From positions 1 to 41,999 of the forward strand of contig JBDKUT010000152.1 in assembly GCA_039679545.1 (NCBI GenBank): DNA of 41,999 nt. Reading direction: 5' to 3'. Position 1 is the first letter of the stretch. Each line of letters opens with the position of its first letter. The position numbers and the translations under genes are program-made. The notes under the pieces were generated by a model, which worked only from the letters and a program-made list of their open reading frames with translations, did no database searches and was not told the origin of the DNA. The DNA comes from Thermotogota bacterium (GTDB taxonomy: Bacteria > Bipolaricaulota > Bipolaricaulia > UBA7950 > UBA9294). Below, one piece after another: positions 1-8,691 of this stretch.

Positions 1-60
1 GGTGCCTCCTGGCTCCGACGGCTTTCGGCGTCCGGCAGAGCCGGCCTCTCACAGCGGCGC

Positions 61-107
61 TTGACCCTATGGGTGGTGCCGGTAGAATAGTTGCATTATG
101 GTGCAAC
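61..107 (+). promoter_or_regulatory. sigma70-like promoter with a putative ArsR operator overlapping the arsR start codon
   Basis: TTGACC (61-66), 16 nt, TAGAAT (83-88). Inverted repeat GTTGCA-N6-TGCAAC (90-107) spans the ATG at 98. Confidence 0.6.
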
Positions 108-484
108 AAAGCATCGAGCGCGCGGGAACGGCGCTTGACCTTGCCTGCGCAGGAATCGGCGTCGGACTCTCGCACCCGATTCGGATCGCGATCCTTCGAC
201 TGCTCTGTGAGCGTGGCGAGCTCTGCTCGTGTGAGATCGAGCCGTGCTTCGAGGTCGATCCGTCCGGCGTGTCTCGCCACCTGTCCGCGTTGCGCGATGC
301 GGGGCTCATCGTCTCGCGACGCGACGGGGTCCGCATCCTCCATCGCACTGCATCGCCGGCCGTTGTGGAGCTCCTGGCGGTCGCCGACCGCATCGCCGCT
401 CGAGCAGACGCGGCCGAACAGGCCCGGCGCGAGAGGCGAGAGGCGCAGTACCGCACGGAGGTGAGGCGTCGTGACCGTATCTAA
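98..484 (+). CDS. arsR: ArsR/SmtB family metalloregulator
   Basis: LSHPIRIAILRLL...GELCSCEI...SGVSRHLSALRDAGLIVSRRDG winged HTH, with an alpha3 CxC motif like the ArsR ELCVCD box. Heads an ars-like operon. Confidence 0.85.
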   Translation: MVQQSIERAGTALDLACAGIGVGLSHPIRIAILRLLCERGELCSCEIEPCFEVDPSGVSRHLSALRDAGLIVSRRDGVRILHRTASPAVVELLAVADRIAARADAAEQARRERREAQYRTEVRRRDRI

Positions 485-1787
485 GAACCTGAAGGCGTTC
501 GCCTGGATCGCCGCGTTCTTTCTCGCCGCGTACTTCATTCCGTTCTCAAGCCCCGTCGTCCGGCGCTCCGGCCTCGAGGCGTTCCTGCTCCTCCAGGAGT
601 ACGCCCGACAGCACGTGCTGCTCTGTCTCGTGCCCGCCTTGTTCATCGCGGGAGCGATCTCGGTCTTCATCAGCCAACAGAGCGTGATCCGCTATCTAGG
701 TGCGGGAGCGAAGAAACCCCTCGCCTATGCCGTGGCTTCCGTGTCGGGAGCCATCCTTGCCGTCTGCTCGTGCACGGTCATCCCCCTCTTTGCAGGGATC
801 TACAAGCGGGGAGCGGGGCTCGGCCCGGCGATCGCTTTCCTCTACTCCGGGCCGGCGATCAACATCCTGGCGATCGTTCTGACGGCCCGCATCCTGGGAA
901 TCGAGTTCGGCCTCGCCCGCGCCCTCGGCGCGATCCTCTTCTCGGTCGTCATCGGCCTCGCCATGCACTTCCTCTTCCGAAAGGAAGAGGCGTCGCGCAA
1001 GGCGGCGGCGGCCTCCCTGCCCGAGGAGAAGGTGGCCCGCCCTCTGTGGAAAACGGCGGTCTACGTCGCGACGATGGTCGCCATCCTCGTCTTCGCCAAC
1101 TGGGGCAAGCCCGGCACGATCTCCATCGTCACGGCGTCGGGAGCCACGCTCGTCGGCTCGCGCGCCGGGGAGACGGCCGAGTCCGTCCTCTACAAGCCGG
1201 CGGAAGAGGGAACGGTCGTGGTCGCCATGCCGCGAGCAGAGATCGCCAAGGTCAGCTACGCACCCTCTCCGTACACGTCGATCTACAACGCGCGGTTCAT
1301 CATCGCCGGCGCCCTTTTGGCCCTGCTTCTCCTCGAGCTCGCGCTCTGGTTCAAGAAGCCGGAGATCGTCGAGTGGGGTGGCTCGACGTGGTCGTTCGCG
1401 AAGCTGATCCTGCCTTACCTGCTCGGCGGAGTCCTCGTCGCCGGGTTCCTTCTCGGCCGACCGGGCCACGAGGCCCTGATTCCCTCGGAATGGATCGCTC
1501 GCGCCGTCGGGGGCAACTCCTGGGTCGCGAACCTCGCAGCGAGCGTCGCCGGCGCCTTGATGTACTTCGCCACACTCACGGAGATCCCGATCCTCCAGGG
1601 CCTGCTCGGCTCGGGGATGGGCAACGGGCCCGCGCTCGCTCTCCTTCTCGCGGGACCTGCGCTCTCGCTTCCGAGCATGATCGTCCTTGGCAAGGTGATG
1701 GGGGCGAAGAAGACGGCCGCCTACGTCCTGCTTGTTGTCATCGCAGCCACGCTCACCGGCAAGCTGTTCGGGGCGATCGTCCCCTAG
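471..1787 (+). CDS. ArsP/DUF318-type permease with an inserted soluble domain
   Basis: Multi-TM protein with AVCSCTVIPLF, FLYSGPAIN, MYFATLTEIPI and LLLAGPALSLPS motifs typical of this permease family. Confidence 0.85.
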   Translation: MTVSKNLKAFAWIAAFFLAAYFIPFSSPVVRRSGLEAFLLLQEYARQHVLLCLVPALFIAGAISVFISQQSVIRYLGAGAKKPLAYAVASVSGAILAVCSCTVIPLFAGIYKRGAGLGPAIAFLYSGPAINILAIVLTARILGIEFGLARALGAILFSVVIGLAMHFLFRKEEASRKAAAASLPEEKVARPLWKTAVYVATMVAILVFANWGKPGTISIVTASGATLVGSRAGETAESVLYKPAEEGTVVVAMPRAEIAKVSYAPSPYTSIYNARFIIAGALLALLLLELALWFKKPEIVEWGGSTWSFAKLILPYLLGGVLVAGFLLGRPGHEALIPSEWIARAVGGNSWVANLAASVAGALMYFATLTEIPILQGLLGSGMGNGPALALLLAGPALSLPSMIVLGKVMGAKKTAAYVLLVVIAATLTGKLFGAIVP

Positions 1788-1801
1788 GGAAAGGAGGCAC
1801 G

Positions 1802-2041
1802 TTGAAGATCGAGATCCTGGGCACCGGATGCCCGAAGTGCAGGGCCTTGGCCGATGCCGTGACCAAAGCGGTCGCTGACCTGTCGCTCCAGGCCGAGGTC
1901 GTCAAGGTGACGGACATCGACGAGATCGTGAACCGTGGCGTCATGCTGACGCCGGCGCTCGTCGTGGACGGCGAGATTGTGGCCGTCGGCAAGGTCCCTT
2001 CGACGGAGGAGCTGAAGAAGCTGCTTGGAGGTGCCCGATGA
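1802..2041 (+). CDS. small redox-active disulfide protein (MTH895-like thioredoxin family)
   Basis: TTG start after AAGGAGG. KIEILGTGCPKC...KVTDIDEI...GVMLTPALVVDG. It is the C-terminal part of ORF 770..2041. Confidence 0.9.
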   Translation: MKIEILGTGCPKCRALADAVTKAVADLSLQAEVVKVTDIDEIVNRGVMLTPALVVDGEIVAVGKVPSTEELKKLLGGAR

Positions 2042-2358
2042 GGCTCTTAGCCGAGTGGTTCCCCGAGTTCGCCGGGAAGCTCGACGAGATGGACAAGCTC
2101 TACGCGGAGAAGCGGTCGATCGACGAGAAGACGTACCAGTTCATCTGCTTCGCGCTCGCCATCCGCGCCCGATCGAAGCCCTGCGTCCTCAAGCACTTCA
2201 AGGGGGCGCTGGCCGCAGGGGCCACGCTGAAGGAGATCGCCTACATCCTTGCCCTCGTCGAGCGGGAGAGCGCCGGCGGCGACGACTGCTGGACGCATGA
2301 CGCGCTCGGCGACTACAAGGAACTGATGAAGTCTGACGTGCAGTGCTGCCCCCGATAG
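2038..2358 (+). CDS. carboxymuconolactone decarboxylase/AhpD-like protein
   Basis: IDEKTYQFICFALAI...PCVLKHFKGALAAGATLKEI is the CMD-family pattern. ATGA overlap with the upstream gene. Confidence 0.8.
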   Translation: MRLLAEWFPEFAGKLDEMDKLYAEKRSIDEKTYQFICFALAIRARSKPCVLKHFKGALAAGATLKEIAYILALVERESAGGDDCWTHDALGDYKELMKSDVQCCPR

Positions 2359-2377
2359 GCAGCTTCGTCGAGGAGGC

Positions 2378-2977
2378 ATGGTGAGTCCCAAGATCGTACT
2401 GATCGTCGCCCTCATTCTCGCCGGCATCGCGGGAGCGGTGCTTCTTCTGGCGCGTGCGCCTCAGGCGTCGACCGAAGCGGTCGCAGCGACGGCGGCTTCG
2501 AGAGCCACCGGGCCGGCGGAAGCGCCAACCGCGGCTCTGCCCGGCGTGCAGCCGCAGGCGGCCCAGATGCCCGCAGCCCCAGGTCTGAGCGCCCAGCAGA
2601 CCCCGAGCGACGTCGCCGCGCCGTCCTCGGCCGGCCTCACACGCCAAGTCGTCGCCACGTACTTCCACAACACCGTGCGGTGCGTGACTTGCCGCACGAT
2701 CGAACAGCGGGCGCGGGAGGCGATCGAGTCCGCGTTCGCCGCCGAGCTCGCATCGGGACGGCTTGTCTGGCAGGTCCTGAACATGGAGAAGAAGGAGTAC
2801 GAGCACTACGCCACCGACTACAACCTCACGTCGCCGTCGCTCGTGCTCGCGCTCGTCGAGGGCGACCGAGTCGTCCGCTTCGCCGTCCTGAAGGACACGT
2901 GGACCCTCGTCCACAAGAAAGCGGAGTTCGAAGCGTACGTCGTGGCGGAGACGCTGGCGTTTCTGGAGGAGCTGTAG
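2378..2977 (+). CDS. arsF: ArsF-like exported thioredoxin-fold protein
   Basis: N-terminal TM/signal, Ala/Pro linker, then YFHNTVRCVTCRTIE (CxxC) and ELASGRLVW...SLVL. GGAGG RBS. The symbol is family-level. Confidence 0.7.
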   Translation: MVSPKIVLIVALILAGIAGAVLLLARAPQASTEAVAATAASRATGPAEAPTAALPGVQPQAAQMPAAPGLSAQQTPSDVAAPSSAGLTRQVVATYFHNTVRCVTCRTIEQRAREAIESAFAAELASGRLVWQVLNMEKKEYEHYATDYNLTSPSLVLALVEGDRVVRFAVLKDTWTLVHKKAEFEAYVVAETLAFLEEL

Positions 2978-3669
2978 TGCCGGAGTGGGCCCTCGCCGCG
3001 GCGTCGTCGCTTTGGTTCGGGATCCTGACGTCGATCAGCCCGTGCCCGTTGGCCACCAACATCACGGCAATGTCGTTTGTCGGGCGGCGCGTCGGAAGCC
3101 CCGGACGCGTCCTTCTGGCTGGCGTCCTGTACACGCTCGGGCGCTCTCTCACCTACATGATCGTGGGCGCTCTGCTCGTGTGGAGCCTGCTGTCGGCTCC
3201 ACGCGTCTCCCTCGTCCTGCAGCGGACGATGAACAAGGTCCTCGGGCCGATCCTCATCGTCGTCGGCATCCTTCTTCTCGAGCTCATCCCTCTCAGGATT
3301 CCGTCGTCCGGCTTCGCGCAGTGCGCCGGAGTGCGCATCGCCAAGCTGGGATCGCTCGGGGCTCTCCTCCTGGGAGTCCTCTTCGCTCTCACGTTCTGTC
3401 CCGTGTCCGCCGCCCTCTTCTTCGGGAGCCTGCTCCCCCTGGCCGTCGAGCAGCATTCGCCGCTCCTGCTTCCGGCCCTATACGGCGTGGGGACAGCTAT
3501 TCCCGTGCTCGGATTCGCCGTCGCGATCGCTCTCGGGGCCAAGTCCCTCGGAAGGGCGTTTGGGAGACTGACCCGGGTTGAGCGATGGGGCCGGCGGATC
3601 ACCGGCGCGGTCTTCATCGGCGTGGGCATCTACCTCACCCTCGCGAACCTCGTGCAGGTGTGGGGCTAG
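2977..3669 (+). CDS. arsG: ArsG-like / CcdA-DsbD family membrane protein
   Basis: GTG start overlaps the upstream TAG. GILTSISPCPLATNI and FALTFCPVSAALFFGSL motifs, about 6 TM. The symbol is family-level. Confidence 0.75.
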   Translation: MPEWALAAASSLWFGILTSISPCPLATNITAMSFVGRRVGSPGRVLLAGVLYTLGRSLTYMIVGALLVWSLLSAPRVSLVLQRTMNKVLGPILIVVGILLLELIPLRIPSSGFAQCAGVRIAKLGSLGALLLGVLFALTFCPVSAALFFGSLLPLAVEQHSPLLLPALYGVGTAIPVLGFAVAIALGAKSLGRAFGRLTRVERWGRRITGAVFIGVGIYLTLANLVQVWG

Positions 3670-3969
3670 AAGGTCGGTGAGAACACCGCAGGGGGGCGTC
3701 TTGCCGTCGCTTGGCGACCAGCGCCCACCAACGGACGGCGGAATGCCTTTGCTGCGGCGAGACGCTAAGGAGCCGTACGGCTTGCATTCGCTCTTCAGTC
3801 GTATCCTCTCCCGAGGCATCCGGGGGGCAGGGCGAGTCATGCATTCACGCACACCGAGCATTGCCGGCAGCCCTCTTGCCTACACGTTCGCTCTCCCACC
3901 GGCCGCCCCTGTCGGCCGACGGAGGCGCTCCGCGACGGTAGCGAGACGGAAGCGGGCAACGCTTGGGAC

Positions 3970-5457
3970 GTGCCGACGCGCAGGAGGCTACGACAGGCGT
4001 TGCTGTGGGCCGCCGCCCTGGTGATTGCGACGACTGGGGCGCTTGCCCCTGTTGCGAGCGAGTCCCCCGAGTCGGTGCTTGTCCCGCCGGGTTCTCCCGT
4101 CACGCTCGACGGAACCCTCCAACCTGGGGAGTGGAATGATGCCTGCCGCGTCGCCGTGAGCGACGCCTTGGCGCTTCACATCAAGCACGCCGACGGTTCG
4201 CTCTGCGTGGGTGTGCGGGCGCCCGAGATGGGCGTGGGCAGTCTGCTGGTCCTGGATGGAGAGACCATCCGAATCCTCCACTCCTCCGCGGCGCTTGGGA
4301 CGGCGGAGTACGAGCCGGGCGAGAACGGCTGGCGTCTGAAGACGGACTTCGTCTGGCGGTGCCGGTCGCTCGGGATGTCGGCAGCCGTCCTTGCAGAGCG
4401 GCAGAGATTCCTGGAGACTGACGGGTGGCTGGCGAGCACGTCGTACATGGGAGTTCCCGGCGACCGCGAGTACCGCGTCACGTGCGTGGAGGACTCTGTC
4501 CGCGTCGCGTTCGTCTGGCTTCCGGCGGCGAACCCCAGCGCGCTCGTCACGTGGCCGGCGGATCTGACGCAGGACGCCTTTCCCGGCCCGATCCCGGCCG
4601 TCGCGCACTTCGACCCAGGCGGATGGGTCAAATTGACCCTGCAGCCCTCCGGGCAGAACGCCGCTTCTCCGTGCTCGGCAGTTCCGGTTGGCGAACTAGC
4701 CTTCAGCTCGCAGCGCGGCGGGAACACTGATATCTACGCGATCTCCGCTGACGGAACGAACCTGCGGCGCCTCACGACGGCGCCGTGCGAGGATCTCGAG
4801 CCAAGCTGGTCGCCTGACGGGGAGCGTCTTGCCTACCAGTCTCGCCGGCCGATGTGGCGCATTCTGACGATGCGCCCGGACGGAACGGAAGAGCTGACGG
4901 TGACGAACAGCCTGAGCTGGAGCCCCGCGTGGTCTCCGGACGGCCTATGGCTCGCCTACTCAACGGGGGCCTCCATCCAGCGCATCTCCCCCACGGGCGC
5001 CGAGCGGCAGGCGCTTGTGCCTGCTTGCGGAGACTGCGGCCGGCCCGCGTGGTCGCCCGACGGGGCGTGGCTGACGTTCCACTCCGACACCGGCGGGAGT
5101 TTCGACATCTACGTCATGGATCTCCAGACCGGCAGCGCTCGCCGGCTGACCGAGACAACTTCGCGCGACTTCCTGGCATCGTGGTCCCCCGACTCGTCGC
5201 ACCTGGTGTTCGCGTCGGACCGCGACGGGGACTTCGAGATCTACACCGTTGCGCTGGACGGAACGGACCTGACGCGCCTGACGGACAACCTCGCCGAGGA
5301 CATCCTGCCGGCATGGTCTCCATCGGGCGACTGGATCGCCTTCGTCTCCGACCGCGATGGCAACCGCGAGATCTACGTGATGGCGCTGGACGGCTCGTGC
5401 GTGCGACGACTGACCGACAACCCGGGCGAGGACATGTACCCGGCGTGGAGGCCATGA
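3970..5457 (+). CDS. exported protein: N-terminal beta-sandwich-like domain plus TolB-like PD40 beta-propeller
   Basis: Signal peptide; VTLDGTLQPGEWNDA N-domain; repeated P(S/A)WSPDG..(L/I)AF.S.RDG..EIY.M..DG...RRLT units. Confidence 0.8.
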   Translation: MPTRRRLRQALLWAAALVIATTGALAPVASESPESVLVPPGSPVTLDGTLQPGEWNDACRVAVSDALALHIKHADGSLCVGVRAPEMGVGSLLVLDGETIRILHSSAALGTAEYEPGENGWRLKTDFVWRCRSLGMSAAVLAERQRFLETDGWLASTSYMGVPGDREYRVTCVEDSVRVAFVWLPAANPSALVTWPADLTQDAFPGPIPAVAHFDPGGWVKLTLQPSGQNAASPCSAVPVGELAFSSQRGGNTDIYAISADGTNLRRLTTAPCEDLEPSWSPDGERLAYQSRRPMWRILTMRPDGTEELTVTNSLSWSPAWSPDGLWLAYSTGASIQRISPTGAERQALVPACGDCGRPAWSPDGAWLTFHSDTGGSFDIYVMDLQTGSARRLTETTSRDFLASWSPDSSHLVFASDRDGDFEIYTVALDGTDLTRLTDNLAEDILPAWSPSGDWIAFVSDRDGNREIYVMALDGSCVRRLTDNPGEDMYPAWRP

Positions 5458-5543
5458 TGATCGGGAAGGCGTTGGCTTCGGTCCTCGAACGTGCCGGCTT
5501 AGCGCGGCTGGATACGGATACAGCGAACCGAAAGGGAGGGCCT

Positions 5544-5873
5544 ATGGCATTGAGAACGGGAAGCAGAAGCGCCGAGGAACAGGTGGCGGACCTGGTGCGC
5601 TCCCTGTCCCAAGAGGTCAGGAAGGGGATCGTGGAGGGAGTCATCATCCTCTGCCTGGGATTCGGACTGCTCGGATGGTCGCTCGCAGCTCGCTCCGCAG
5701 ACCCAGCCAGACTCGCTCCGGCCGCCGTGTTCTGGAGCTCCATTCCAACCATGATCCTCGGCATCAGCTACTTCGTGCGGTCGTACGCCGACTCTCAGGT
5801 TCGCCGCGAGGTCAAGGCGATCCAGCACGCCCTCACGCCCGCCCGTGCTCCGTCCCCGCTGGACCGCTCGTAG
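5544..5873 (+). CDS. small hypothetical membrane protein (2 TM)
   Basis: GGGAGG RBS then ATG 5544; two hydrophobic segments. C-terminal part of ORF 4854..5873. Confidence 0.6.
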   Translation: MALRTGSRSAEEQVADLVRSLSQEVRKGIVEGVIILCLGFGLLGWSLAARSADPARLAPAAVFWSSIPTMILGISYFVRSYADSQVRREVKAIQHALTPARAPSPLDRS

Positions 5874-6036
5874 GGAGCCGCTAGCGCTTCGTCACCTCGG
5901 CAGAGGAAGACGGCGCGGCCTTGGGCGCGTGTCGGCCCGCCTACGGGCGCTCCAAGAGCTGTCTTTGGAGTCCAGCAGTTGCTTTCTGAGCCCCGGGTAC
6001 CGCAGGATGTCAAGCAACATCTGGTGAGGCTATCCC

Positions 6037-7019
6037 ATGGACGAAGAGACGCCGGACAGCGTCCGAGGTTTCAGATCGACCGCCAGGGGTCTGCACGGAC
6101 CTCGACTCCGGCTGGCTCTTTCGTTTGCCGTCCTTGCTGCATTCCTGGTCCTGATCGGCGGCTGCGCGAGTCGCTACGACGAGCTCGATCTCACGATGTA
6201 CAAGTACCGCGACACGCGGAACCTCGTGAAGTTCGTGTACGACGCCTCGCGCATTCTGAGCAGAGACGGGGAGGCCGGCCTCTCCTACCTGCAGAGCCAC
6301 CGCAAGGACTTCCAGACGGAGGGCTTCTACCTCTACGTCTACGACGCGGCGGGGACGAACCTCTTCCACGCCGGGATGCCGGAACTCGAGGGCAAGAACC
6401 TCTGGGACGTGAAGGACAAGGACGGCAAGCCCGCCTTCCAGCTCGCCGTTCAAGCGATGAAGGACCCGAGCAACCCCCACGCGTGGGTTCAGTACTCGTG
6501 GTGGGAGCCGGGAAGCTTCTACCCGGTCCCGAAGGCATCGTGTCACTTCGCGGTCACGACGCCGGAAGGCAGGGAGCTGGTCGTCGGCGGCGGCATCGAC
6601 TATCCGCACGAGGAGCCGGAGTTCATCCGGATCGTCGTCGACGATGCGGTGAGTCTCATCGAGCGGGAGGGCGCGAAGGCGCTCACCGGGATTGCCGATC
6701 CGGCCTCCGAGTTCGTCTACCGCGACGTCCGCGTCTTCGTGTTCCGCCGTGACGGTGAGATGGTGATCTCGCCCGCCATCAACAGCACCTTCTCTCAGAC
6801 GAACCTCCTCGAGTGCGTCGACGAAGCCGGGCAGAAGCCGTTCGTGCAGGCGCTCGAGACGCTCAAGTCGGCGGACAGCGTGTGGGGCACCTTCATGGCG
6901 AAGTCTCCCTACGACACGCGGTTGAAGCGGAAGACCCTCTACACCCGCAAGAGGTCATGCTCTCGGACGAAGAGATCTACGTAGCAGCCGTCACAGACCT
7001 CCCGGAACCCCCGTACTAG
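6037..7019 (+). CDS. double Cache-domain lipoprotein, with an apparent frameshift near 6952
   Basis: Lipobox-like LIGGC. Two Cache repeats (YLYVYD..G..LFH...LEGKNLWDVKDKDGK; VFVFRRDG...NLLECVDEAGQK). The main frame ends at 6984, but a Cache-like last strand (VMLSDEEIYVAAV) continues in another frame to the TAG at 7019. Confidence 0.75.
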
Positions 7020-7071
7020 GAGGGATCGGAGCCTCACATGGCGGAAAGGACTTGGAGAGCACGGGTACGGA

Positions 7072-8385
7072 GTGAACGAGGTTCCTCCTCCAGCGCACAT
7101 CCTGATCTCGTCGATCCAACACCTGCTCCTCATGGTCACATCGCTCGTGATCCCGATCCTGTTCGCGAGCCAGCTCGGCGCGACGCAGGAGTTCACGGCC
7201 AGCCTGATCGCGTTCTCGCTGCTCGCCGCCGGGATAGGCTCGATCATCCAGTCCGTCGGACTGCCGTTCATCGGCTCCGGATACCTGTGTCCGAACGTCT
7301 GCGGCCCCTCCTATTTCGGTGCGTCCCTGGCGGCCGCCTGGGTCGGCGGCATGCCCCTCGTCCGCGGGATGACCGTCGTGGCCGGTCTCGTCGAAATGGC
7401 GCTCGCTCCGCTCATCCAGAAGCTCCGCAAGCTCTTCCCGATCTACATCGTCGGCCTCGTCGTCGCGATGGTCGGCGTCAGCATCCTGGCGCCGGCGATC
7501 ACTTCGTTCTTCGGGCTCTCTTTCCGCGACGACGCGATCCGGAGCATCGATATGCTCATCGGCGGTGTCACCCTGCTCGTCATGATCCTGGCGAACCTGT
7601 GGGGAAGCCGCTTGGTGAAGATGTACTGCCTGCTGATCGGCGTCCTTGTCGGGTGGACCCTGGCATGCATCCTCTGTCCCGAGTACTGGAACGACCTCGT
7701 CGCGGCCAAGGGCATGCCCGTCGTGGCGGCGCCCTCCATGGGGCCGGCGTTCGGGGGAATCACCTTCAGCCTCAAGATCCTCATCACGTTCGTCGTGATC
7801 GCCATCATCGGTTCGCTGAAGTCGTTCGGAAACCTCCTCGCGGCTCAGGAGATCTCGGAGCCCGACCTGAAGGGGACCGACTTTGCTCCGATCCGGAAGG
7901 GCCTTCTCGCCGACGGACTCTCGACCGTCGTTGCGGGCCTCTTGGGAGGCATGGCCGTCGACACGTCATCGAGCAACGTCGGCCTGGCCGGCGCAACGAA
8001 GGTCTTGAGCCGGTGGATCAGCGTTGCCGCGGGAGTCATCTTTGTGGTCTTGGCTTTCTTCCCGGGGCTCATCGTGGTCCTCTCCGCGATGCCCAAGCCC
8101 GTCATGGGCGCCTCGCTCATCTTCGCCGGCAGCTTCATGGTCACGACAGGCCTGCAGGAGATGTTCAGCGAGTCTTGGGACGCGCGGAAGACGTTCGTCG
8201 TCGGCGTCGCGTTCTTCTTCGGGATGAGCACTGCCTTCCTGCCCAGCCTCTACGCGCGGACACCCCACATCATGCAGACCCTGTTCACCGACCCGCTCGC
8301 CACGTCGACCATCGTCGCCGTCGTCCTGAATCAGGTCCTCGGGCTCGACGCCGTCTTCAGAAGACTCAAGGGAAAGGGCGACTAG
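7072..8385 (+). CDS. NCS2 (xanthine/uracil permease family) transporter with an atypical signature; true start probably ATG 7038 via a frameshift
   Basis: YGVNEVPP...IQH in TM1, GLLADGL, SSNVG...TKV.SR, and MPKPVMG motifs; more than 12 hydrophobic segments. Confidence 0.85.
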   Translation: MNEVPPPAHILISSIQHLLLMVTSLVIPILFASQLGATQEFTASLIAFSLLAAGIGSIIQSVGLPFIGSGYLCPNVCGPSYFGASLAAAWVGGMPLVRGMTVVAGLVEMALAPLIQKLRKLFPIYIVGLVVAMVGVSILAPAITSFFGLSFRDDAIRSIDMLIGGVTLLVMILANLWGSRLVKMYCLLIGVLVGWTLACILCPEYWNDLVAAKGMPVVAAPSMGPAFGGITFSLKILITFVVIAIIGSLKSFGNLLAAQEISEPDLKGTDFAPIRKGLLADGLSTVVAGLLGGMAVDTSSSNVGLAGATKVLSRWISVAAGVIFVVLAFFPGLIVVLSAMPKPVMGASLIFAGSFMVTTGLQEMFSESWDARKTFVVGVAFFFGMSTAFLPSLYARTPHIMQTLFTDPLATSTIVAVVLNQVLGLDAVFRRLKGKGD

Positions 8386-8691
8386 CGGACCGCGAAGTAG
8401 CTAGAGGAGGGCCGAGTCCAAGGGGTCGCGCCTCGTGAACTGCACTTGTCGTATGCGAAGGCTCCGCTCCGCCAGGGCAGGCCTCCACGCGTAGCAGCGG
8501 TTGGTCCCGCGCTCCCGTTTGTCTCTCGGTGCGCCTAGCATAGAATGACGTAGAGTCCCATGTCGCTCACGACATGTGCTGATCGTGCGCGGGTCTTGGA
8601 GACCGCTCGGAGGGTGACAAGAGACGGGCCTCCCCGAGCGGATCGCGAGCACCAGACGGGATGCGGTCGCCGACGGGCAGAAGGAGGAGAA

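Noticed and set aside
770..1801. 423-aa ORF 770..2041 as a long thioredoxin fusion
   Set aside because: The upstream part is an Arg-rich off-frame overlap of the permease. The real gene starts at TTG 1802 after AAGGAGG.
1802..2977. Selenocysteine read-through in the redox genes
   Set aside because: The CxxC motifs use Cys codons, and no in-frame TGA falls at a catalytic position.
3670..3969. Possible riboswitch or ncRNA after the ars operon (GCGTCTTGCCG...CGGCGAGACGC stem)
   Set aside because: A single GC-rich stem with no recognisable riboswitch consensus.
4690..5457. Repeated DNA units suggesting a repeat array or CRISPR
   Set aside because: They are degenerate coding repeats of the PD40 propeller, with no identical repeats or spacers.
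8530..8541. TGC(G/A)CCTAGCAT shared with about 14011-14022 upstream of two secreted-protein genes
   Set aside because: Only two short instances with a mismatch; cannot be distinguished from chance.
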